Source of the DNA: Candidatus Amoebophilus sp. 36-38
Lineage (GTDB): Bacteria; Bacteroidota; Bacteroidia; Cytophagales; Amoebophilaceae
NCBI GenBank assembly: GCA_001897825.1
Contig: MKUM01000066.1
Location: forward strand, 8,687 to 72,686
Length of the DNA: 64,000 nucleotides
Direction: 5' to 3'
A program made the translations under genes and the position numbers. Positions 56,742 through 64,000 of the stretch are shown here, one piece after another (the first letter of the stretch is position 1; the number at the start of each line of letters is the position of its first letter). A model generated the notes under the pieces. That model was not told the origin of the DNA, did no database searches, and saw nothing but the letters and a program-made list of their open reading frames with translations.

Positions 56742-56864
56742 TCAATCGCTCGGCTGTGCCGAGTGATGATTATTTTCCACTTGGTAAAACCGAGCGGATG
56801 TGAGGTAAGAGGTAAAAAAATAGAGTTCTTTCAAAACCAAGAATTTTGTTCGCTGGGCAGGAAG
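56736..56864 (-). repeat. Inverted copy of 48863-48991, including a 44-bp MITE right-end fragment (56821-56864)
   Basis: See the partner feature. The MITE portion stops abruptly after gggcaggaag. Confidence 0.85.
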
Positions 56865-57013
56865 ATTTCTATGATAAAAGCAACCAAATTGAATAATTTA
56901 TTTCTGACTTTCCATCAAGTTGCTTGATAGCGTATATACATTCTTCGTTCTTTGACACAAGTATATATCCTTTGTAAGATTTTATACGATATTTTATATT
57001 AAAAATAGTGAAC

Positions 57014-57595
57014 TTAACTACTTAAAGAGAGCTTAATAAGCATTTCTACGGTTATTTCACCTTGATAATTCTTTAAAATTGCAGCCATCGATTTCTCCGC
57101 ATTTGTTTTGTTCATGCCCAATTTAATTAACGCTGCCAATGCTTCTTGGTATATATCGCCTTGGCCACCTGGTTGAATAGGTAGCATCGTGTCAAGTTTC
57201 ATTACTTTACCATGTAGCTCTAAGATAATACGCTGAGCTACTTTCTGACCTATGCCCTTAATAGCTTGTAATGCGGCGGTATTATGGGTTATAATAGCCT
57301 GCTGAAGTTCGTTCGGCCTCAATGAAGATAAAATAGTGATAGCTACACGTGGCCCAATACCATTTACACCAAGAAGATGTAAAAACCATTGCTTTTCTTC
57401 TATATTCACAAAACCATATAATGTGTGAGCATCCTGGGTAATATGTAAGTAGGTAAAAATTTTACCATGCACTATTTCCTTTAGCGCCTCATAGGTATGC
57501 AACGAAATATAGAGTTCATGCCCTATTCCACCTGCATCCACAATAATCTGTGTAGGTGATTTATAAACAAGATTTCCCTGAATGTATGCAATCAT
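57014..57595 (-). CDS. ruvA: Holliday junction branch migration protein RuvA
   Basis: 193 aa. MIAYIQG start and HhH motifs (GIGPRVA, GIGQKVAQRI). Confidence 0.95.
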   Translation of the reverse strand: MIAYIQGNLVYKSPTQIIVDAGGIGHELYISLHTYEALKEIVHGKIFTYLHITQDAHTLYGFVNIEEKQWFLHLLGVNGIGPRVAITILSSLRPNELQQAIITHNTAALQAIKGIGQKVAQRIILELHGKVMKLDTMLPIQPGGQGDIYQEALAALIKLGMNKTNAEKSMAAILKNYQGEITVEMLIKLSLSS

Positions 57596-57644
57596 AAAAG
57601 AGTTTGAAAGATGCTGGTTTAATCTCTAAAAGATCGATTATATT

Positions 57645-57788
57645 TAGACTTCTTCTGAAACCTTCGCCTTGAGCCCTCTGGGTTCGTCAGTAATTTGTTC
57701 AAAATCCTCATTTACTAAAGTAAACTCCGGTTTCTCACAAATTTCTTCCTGCCCAGTGAACCCAATTCTTGGTTTCAGAAGAAGTCTA
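57645..57788 (+). mobile_element. MITE-like element copy F (perfect 18-bp TIRs tagacttcttctgaaacc / ggtttcagaagaagtcta) in the divergent ruvA-holA spacer
   Basis: Read directly. Confidence 0.85.
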
Positions 57789-57993
57789 CTTATAAGATCC
57801 TCCATTTCTATTTAATTAAGAAACTTCGAGCAGTCATCCAGCATGAAAGTTATCAGAAAAATAATACTAGGACAACTTTTATCTGAAAAAAGGATGATTT
57901 TATGTATTTTACAATCCAAAATAAGATCGTAGTTTAAAAAATCATTATATAAGTTTTATTCTCAGGTTCATGGTTTATTAATTTTGCATACGT

Positions 57994-59019
57994 ATGCCTA
58001 CTATGACAGCACAACAGGTACTAGATACGTTCAAAAATGGACAATATGCCCCTGTTTATTTCCTTCAAGGAGAAGAAGTTTATTATATAGATTGTATCAT
58101 AGACTATCTAGAACATCAGATATTAGATGAATCGGAAAAGATATTTAATTTAACAATCCTATATGGTAAAGAGCATACTATCAGCCAAGTTATAGCCCAG
58201 GCTAAGCAATATCCAGTAGGAGCAGAAAGGCAGGTAGTTATTGTAAAAGAAGCACAAGACTTACAAGATTTACATCGCGATGCAGGTCAAGCTTTTTTAA
58301 TAAACTATCTGCAGTCACCCAATCCAACAACTATATTAGCTTTTGGATACAAACATAAGACGCTATCTAATAAAACAACTTTAAGTAAAGTATTAGTAGA
58401 ACAGGCTATCTTCACAAACTCCAACCGCCTATACAACAATCAGTTGTCACCTTGGATTACTAACTATGTTACAGAAAAAAAGATGAGCATCTCTGAAAAG
58501 GCTATTTTCATGTTAGAAGAATCTGTAGGGAGCGACCTAAGTCGGTTAGCTAAGGAGTTAGACAAAGTAATTTTGAACTTGCAGCCAGGAGATAAAATTA
58601 CAGATACCATCATCCAAGAATACGTAGGAATTAGTAAACAGTTTAATGCATTTGAACTACAGCATGCAATCGCTTCACGAGATGTATATAAAGCTAATCA
58701 GATTATATTTCAGTTGGTAGATAACGCCAAAAATCAGGTAGCTATACCGCTGATTGCGCTATTATTTACATTTTTCAGTAAAATACTTTTGCTTCATCAG
58801 GCTCGAGATAAGTCTCCACAAGTTTTATCCCAAGCTTTACAAGTAAACAATTATTTTATACCACAATATATGGCAGCTTCCAAAAAATATTCTATCAATA
58901 AAGTCATTGAAAACATCAACTATTTACAAGAAGCAGATATGCAGCTCAAAGGAGTAGCTTATCCGTTTGTAGGAGAAGGAGAAATTTTAAAAGAATTAGT
59001 ATTTAAGCTATTACACTGA
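57994..59019 (+). CDS. holA: DNA polymerase III subunit delta
   Basis: 341 aa. The N-terminal YFLQGEE..YID pattern and the length fit HolA. Confidence 0.8.
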   Translation: MPTMTAQQVLDTFKNGQYAPVYFLQGEEVYYIDCIIDYLEHQILDESEKIFNLTILYGKEHTISQVIAQAKQYPVGAERQVVIVKEAQDLQDLHRDAGQAFLINYLQSPNPTTILAFGYKHKTLSNKTTLSKVLVEQAIFTNSNRLYNNQLSPWITNYVTEKKMSISEKAIFMLEESVGSDLSRLAKELDKVILNLQPGDKITDTIIQEYVGISKQFNAFELQHAIASRDVYKANQIIFQLVDNAKNQVAIPLIALLFTFFSKILLLHQARDKSPQVLSQALQVNNYFIPQYMAASKKYSINKVIENINYLQEADMQLKGVAYPFVGEGEILKELVFKLLH

Positions 59020-59068
59020 TATATTTAGGTGTCATATAAATTTTCACTTTTATTAGCTTAGTATCATA

Positions 59069-62000
59069 ATGAAAACCCTATTGCATTACATTTCCATCTT
59101 GATCATATCGCTTATCTATAACTCAAGTAGTTACGGGCAAGCGCTGCTGACCGCACGTACAGCCCCTTCAGATTTTCAAAAGGCTATCGAGTTGTTTGAA
59201 AAACAAAAATATGAGGCAGCACAGGATTATATGGATAGATACGTCGCTGAGCATCCAGGCAGCGAATATGCCATAGAAGCCTCTTATTATGCAGCGTTTT
59301 GTGCTGTTAAGCTGGATAGGGCTGATGGCGAAGAACGTTTTCATCAATTTGTAAGGAAATATCCACACCATCATCAAGCTACCTTAGCCTACTATGAACT
59401 AGGCAACATATATTGCAACAAACAGAACTACGCCAAATGTATTGAATATTACCTGGCTGTGGATCTCAATCAGGTAGATAATGCCTTAAGAGCCGAATTA
59501 CAGTATAGATTGGCATATGCCTATTTGAGTGAAAAAGACTTTGACCGAGCTTTAGAATACTTTAACTACATCAAAAATCATGATGGACCCTATACAGCTG
59601 CCAGCAACTATTATGCAGGTTACCTGGCCTTAAAAAAGGGAGATTACAAAACAGCACTTACAGACTTATATAAAGCTGGAGAAAATGAAGCATATGAGGC
59701 TGTTGTTCCCTATCTCATCTTGGAAGTCTTGTATCAAGCAAAAAAATTTGATGAAGTAATAGCGTATGCGAAGGAAATACAAGTCAAACAACCATCTTTA
59801 AAAAACCAAGAAGACATAGAACTCCTTACGGCCGAATCTTACTTCTTTTTAAAAAATTATAAAACGGCTATTCTACATTATGAAAACTATAACTATTTAC
59901 AGCCATCGGAAGTAACCGATGAGATACGGTATCGGTTGGCTTATGCGCTATACCAAACAGGGGACAACTACAAATCGCTCAAATATTTGAAAGAATTGGC
60001 TTTAAAAGGGGGAAAATTTTCTCAGCTGGCCAGCTATTATATGGGACTCATATACATCAAAACAAATCAAAAGAACCTGGCTTTAGCTGCATTTGATCAA
60101 GCAAGACAATTAAACTTTCTTAATGACATACAATTAGAAGCTGCCTTCCAATACGCCCAACTTAGTTACGAACTAGGTAACCTTCCTGTAGCTATTGATG
60201 CACTTCAAAAATTTAAAAAGTCTTATCCTAACAACGAACATACAGCGATCGTAGACAAGTTACTGAGTCAAGTTTACTTAGATACAAATAATTATGATTT
60301 AGCCATCGGCTATATTGAGGGGTTGGCAGAAAAGCCAGATGCCATTTTACAAGTTTATCAAAAGGCTACTTTTTATAAAGGCAATTCATATTTTAACCAA
60401 GAAGATTACGACAAAGCAATTACATGGTTCGAAAAATCTTTACTTTATACCTATGATTCAGATATAAATCTACAAGCCCACCTCTGGCTAGGAGAAAGCT
60501 ATGCAGCACAGCAGGCATATCCACAAGCGATCAGCCATTATCAACCAGTCGTGCAAATGAAAGGCAAAAAAGACACCTCTTATTATCAAGATGCTGTTTA
60601 TGGACTTGGATATGCTTACTTTAATATGGAAAATTATAAAGAATCGCTGCCGCTATTTCTTGAATATACAAGCTTATGTACCAGTAAAACATCCAACACC
60701 TGGCGCTCAGATGCAGTAGTTCGCACAGCCGATTGTTATTACGTACTTAAACAATACTCAAAAGCATTAGCACTGTATGAGCAAGCCCAACCTGACTATC
60801 CTGCACATAGCTGTTATCAAAAAGCCCTCATCTATGATTTACTCAATAACTTTACTGCCGCACGGCAAAATTTAGAAACGATCATCCAAAACTACGAAAC
60901 CACTGCCTACTATGAAAAAGCATTATACAAATATGCATATCTAGCCTTGCAGCACCAAGATTATGCATCAGCTATCAAAGGTTTTACCAACTTTATTCAG
61001 AAAAAACTTTATAGTCCCTTGGTTCCAGATGCATTGCTGAATAGGGCTATTGCAAGGGTAAACCTAAAACAATATGCAGAAGCTGGAGAAGACTACGAAG
61101 CATTATTAAGAGACTACCCTACACATCCCAATGCACAAAGTGCACTTTTAGAACTTCCAAAACTGGTAATACAAGAAGGAAAACCCGAAAAACTACAACA
61201 ATATCTAGCTAGCTACAAAGCTGCCAATCCACGTAGCGATAAGTTAGAAACAATCAACTTCGAAGCAGCTAAGAATCTATTTTATAGTCAAAATTATAGC
61301 CAAGCCATCGAATATTTAACAGATTTTATGGTCAGCTATCCGAACAGTCCGCTTCTAGACGAAGCTAGCTTTCTATTAGCTGAGGCTTATTATAGGCTAG
61401 ACAATGATGAAAGGGCTCTTACACAATATCATATCGCGGGCAAAAATAAACAAAGTCCGTTTTATAATAAGGTATTGTCACGTATAGCCGCTATTTCTTA
61501 TAAACATAAAGATTTCAAAGCGGCCCTAGCTCATTATAGCGAGCTTAAAGAACGGGCTAGCAATAAAAAAGAGTTGTATTATGCTTTAGAAGGAATTATG
61601 AAAAGCAGCGATATGCTACAACAATATGATGAAGTAAATCAAGCAGCCTCACAAATTATTAAGCAAGGTAACATCACCGTAAATGCTGTCAACCAAGCAT
61701 CTCTTTATTTAGGTAAAGCAGCTATGAAACAGGGTAAAAAACAAGAGGCATTACAATATTTCAAACAAATTATAGCGAGTGGACAAGATAACTACGCAGC
61801 CGAATCCCAGTATTTAATAGCCCAAGTTCATTATGAATCAGGTGAATATAACCAATCGCTAGAAACCTTATTTATGCTTAATAAACAGTTTACTAATTAC
61901 CCAGCATGGACCAATAAAAGCTTTTTGCTCATAGCAGATAACTACATAGGTTTACATGAAATATTTCAGGCAAAGGCAACGCTACAGTCTATCGTAGACA

Positions 62001-62158
62001 ATGCCAGTGATACCACCATGGTCCATACGGCCCAAGAAAAGCTACAACTAATCAACCAGCAACTAGAAGCAGATAGCCTAGCACAGGCTACTCAAATAGC
62101 TCCAACTCAAAAGGAGAATAATGAATTTAAAACGCTAGAGGAAGACCAAAATAATTAA
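59069..62158 (+). CDS. Tetratricopeptide-repeat protein (secreted/periplasmic)
   Basis: 1029 aa. Signal peptide, then a pervasive 34-aa TPR periodicity (A..Y.lA.ay....y..Al..f). Confidence 0.8.
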   Translation: MKTLLHYISILIISLIYNSSSYGQALLTARTAPSDFQKAIELFEKQKYEAAQDYMDRYVAEHPGSEYAIEASYYAAFCAVKLDRADGEERFHQFVRKYPHHHQATLAYYELGNIYCNKQNYAKCIEYYLAVDLNQVDNALRAELQYRLAYAYLSEKDFDRALEYFNYIKNHDGPYTAASNYYAGYLALKKGDYKTALTDLYKAGENEAYEAVVPYLILEVLYQAKKFDEVIAYAKEIQVKQPSLKNQEDIELLTAESYFFLKNYKTAILHYENYNYLQPSEVTDEIRYRLAYALYQTGDNYKSLKYLKELALKGGKFSQLASYYMGLIYIKTNQKNLALAAFDQARQLNFLNDIQLEAAFQYAQLSYELGNLPVAIDALQKFKKSYPNNEHTAIVDKLLSQVYLDTNNYDLAIGYIEGLAEKPDAILQVYQKATFYKGNSYFNQEDYDKAITWFEKSLLYTYDSDINLQAHLWLGESYAAQQAYPQAISHYQPVVQMKGKKDTSYYQDAVYGLGYAYFNMENYKESLPLFLEYTSLCTSKTSNTWRSDAVVRTADCYYVLKQYSKALALYEQAQPDYPAHSCYQKALIYDLLNNFTAARQNLETIIQNYETTAYYEKALYKYAYLALQHQDYASAIKGFTNFIQKKLYSPLVPDALLNRAIARVNLKQYAEAGEDYEALLRDYPTHPNAQSALLELPKLVIQEGKPEKLQQYLASYKAANPRSDKLETINFEAAKNLFYSQNYSQAIEYLTDFMVSYPNSPLLDEASFLLAEAYYRLDNDERALTQYHIAGKNKQSPFYNKVLSRIAAISYKHKDFKAALAHYSELKERASNKKELYYALEGIMKSSDMLQQYDEVNQAASQIIKQGNITVNAVNQASLYLGKAAMKQGKKQEALQYFKQIIASGQDNYAAESQYLIAQVHYESGEYNQSLETLFMLNKQFTNYPAWTNKSFLLIADNYIGLHEIFQAKATLQSIVDNASDTTMVHTAQEKLQLINQQLEADSLAQATQIAPTQKENNEFKTLEEDQNN

Positions 62159-62161
62159 TTT

Positions 62162-63808
62162 ATGCACACAAGACCCTTTATTTACATAATCCTAAGCTTA
62201 TTTATTGGTAACACCTATACAAAAGCCAACGCTCCCCAAGGTAGTATTGAGGAGGCTGAATTTATCATTCAAAAAGAAAGGAAAAATGAATTACCGGAGT
62301 CGACACGGTTGTTTAAAAAAGCTCCCCTACCCCTACCTATAGAGAAATCTAGTATTAAGCTACAGTATGATCTGTATGACATGCAGCCTAGCTTTCAACC
62401 TTTAGAGCATAAAGTAAAAATACTCAGAGCCAAACAAGATATGATATCAAGGCTCTATGGTAATTATCTGAAACTAGGGCACGGCAACTACTACATGCCC
62501 TATATAGCAGCATTTTTAGATAATACTAGAAATGATAAATATGCATATGGTCTTCATCTAAGTCACTTATCTGAGGGCAAAAAAAATTACTTCGAAGCAT
62601 ATCACAATGATATAGAACTTCATTTAAAGACGCTTACAGAAAAGTTAGTATATACAGGAGCAGTACAATATAAGGGGGACAAATACCCACTCATTCATTC
62701 CATCAACAACATCAATAACACAGAGAATGACCCTCATAGATATCATGCTTATCATCAAATAGGGCTACACACCACACTCTATAATCACTTGCCAGCTCCT
62801 TTCAACTATCAGGTAGATGCCCAGGTTATTCATCTCCGTAACCATCAATCTATTCAAGAAAGTCAAGAAAAAGGTCTCATGCAGGTTGACTACATGATAA
62901 ATGAAATCTTTAAACTAAAAACCGAGTTAGATCTACATCTAATCCAGTATACAAATCCGCATGCTGCTACATTAAAGCGTTATATAAGCCATTTTAAACC
63001 TAGCTTAGAGGTCAGCTTTAAAGATTTTACCATGCAAGCAGGAGCCAACTTAGCTTACCAAAATGATGCCACCGCCCTATCTAAAAATTTTGATCTATAT
63101 CCAGAACTTAAAATAAGTTATGCATTTACCAAACTATTGCGGCCTTATGTAAGGTTAAGTGGGACCATTCAACCTAATACATGGCAAGACTTGATAATAG
63201 AAAATCCATGGTTAACACCTTCGGTAGCCATACGACATACGAATCAGAATTGGGTTGTCTATGCAGGTGTTCACAGCGATCTGTTAGAGATGCTTAGCGG
63301 CCATGTGGGGCTATCTGTAGCCAACTATCACAATTGGCCATGTTTTGTCAACCACCCTACTAAACCTAGAGAATTTGATATTAAATACGCGCATTCAGCT
63401 AACGTATTAAATATATTTGCTGAGCTTACAAAAGTTAGCTTTGCAGAAGCTTTAATAACTCGCCTTCAAGGAGCCTATTTTTATTATGAGCTTGGTGAAT
63501 TACCAAAAGCATGGCACAGACCTCAATACACTTTAGAATTATTAAATACGTATAATTTTTATGATAAGATCTTATTAAAAAATAAATGCTATTGGCTAGG
63601 CGGCATACATGCCTTAGATCCTCATACGCAAACTGCTATTTCTTTACCCGATGTAGTAGACATTGGTGTAAGTGTTGAATACTTATGGAATCAACGTTTC
63701 TCTATTTTTATAGATTGCCAGAATATCTTAGCTAAAGCGAATAACCATTACTTACACACACCTACTAGTGGAACGCATATTTTAGCAGGTATTACTTATG
63801 GGTGGTAA
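62162..63808 (+). CDS. Hypothetical outer-membrane beta-barrel protein
   Basis: Signal peptide MHTRPFIYIILSLFIGNTYTKANA. Amphipathic beta-strand pattern. C-terminal aromatic signature GITYGW. Starts 4 nt after the TPR gene. Confidence 0.55.
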   Translation: MHTRPFIYIILSLFIGNTYTKANAPQGSIEEAEFIIQKERKNELPESTRLFKKAPLPLPIEKSSIKLQYDLYDMQPSFQPLEHKVKILRAKQDMISRLYGNYLKLGHGNYYMPYIAAFLDNTRNDKYAYGLHLSHLSEGKKNYFEAYHNDIELHLKTLTEKLVYTGAVQYKGDKYPLIHSINNINNTENDPHRYHAYHQIGLHTTLYNHLPAPFNYQVDAQVIHLRNHQSIQESQEKGLMQVDYMINEIFKLKTELDLHLIQYTNPHAATLKRYISHFKPSLEVSFKDFTMQAGANLAYQNDATALSKNFDLYPELKISYAFTKLLRPYVRLSGTIQPNTWQDLIIENPWLTPSVAIRHTNQNWVVYAGVHSDLLEMLSGHVGLSVANYHNWPCFVNHPTKPREFDIKYAHSANVLNIFAELTKVSFAEALITRLQGAYFYYELGELPKAWHRPQYTLELLNTYNFYDKILLKNKCYWLGGIHALDPHTQTAISLPDVVDIGVSVEYLWNQRFSIFIDCQNILAKANNHYLHTPTSGTHILAGITYGW

Positions 63809-64000
63809 ACAGTTCTCTCCCCCCAGAGTCCCCTCTGAGGGCAGTAGCATAGCTAAAAGCAAGATTTTTTAACGATAGGTGAACATGTACCATTAGCTAA
63901 CCCTACATATTGCTACAAGGCTGCCCTTCCCCACCTACAGACATAAAATCTTCTGTGTTTTGCTCTTCAGTATAGATAGGACACTCTGCTACAACTTTAT

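Noticed and set aside
57979-57986. TAatTTTG match to the Bacteroidota -7 promoter consensus (TAnnTTTG) upstream of holA
   Set aside because: It lies only 8 nt before the annotated ATG and the motif is short in AT-rich DNA. That is insufficient to call a promoter.
63903-64000. Possible 3' end of a minus-strand gene entering from beyond the window (KVVAECPIYTEEQNTEDFMSVGGEGQPCSNM-stop)
   Set aside because: Only 31 codons are visible and there is no diagnostic motif, so it cannot be separated from chance.
1-64000. Searched for transposase, integrase, phage, cas, rRNA and secretion-system (T6SS/Afp-like, T9SS) genes to explain the accessory content
   Set aside because: No ORF in the track shows DDE/HUH/tyrosine-recombinase, Cas, or sheath/tube/baseplate motifs that I can recognise. 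The MITEs appear non-autonomous within this window.

Overview
AT-rich Bacteroidota-type chromosome segment. The backbone is housekeeping. One strand carries the conserved cluster tRNA-Tyr/Gly/Thr, tuf, tRNA-Trp, secE, nusG, rplK, rplA, rplJ, rplL, rpoB, rpoC. Other backbone genes are pepN, thyA, lptB, recJ, ftsK, lolA, an aminotransferase, fbaB, accD, glmS, ruvA and holA. Between them sit accessory genes with eukaryote-like domains: F-box+Sel1, a U-box gene broken by frameshifts, an OTU-like cysteine protease, and a protein kinase fused to Sel1 repeats that carries two in-frame TAG codons. This mix resembles amoeba endosymbionts such as Candidatus Amoebophilus; that is an inference, not verified. 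The most striking locus is 15.8-22.6 kb, next to the tRNA cluster. It holds a 1647-aa lipoprotein with a long coiled coil and a short variable C-terminus, followed by a tightly coupled small ORF. Next comes a 5'-truncated orphan copy of the conserved pre-C-terminal block with a different C-terminal tip, and then a second small ORF. This is the architecture of polymorphic toxin/immunity loci with orphan cassettes. The giant protein and the F-box/Sel1 protein share a ~95-aa domain just after their lipoprotein signal peptides. Five further accessory proteins also begin with a hydrophobic stretch ending in Cys. The window also contains a ~145-bp MITE-like family (6 copies plus a fragment) whose terminal inverted repeats covary within each copy, and a GTGTCAGGGC-N4-GCCCTGACAC hairpin family. 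A 129-bp inverted duplication brackets a 7.7-kb effector-rich segment. Another repeat has its hairpin loop flipped relative to its flanks. I found no rRNA, CRISPR array, transposase or integrase ORF.
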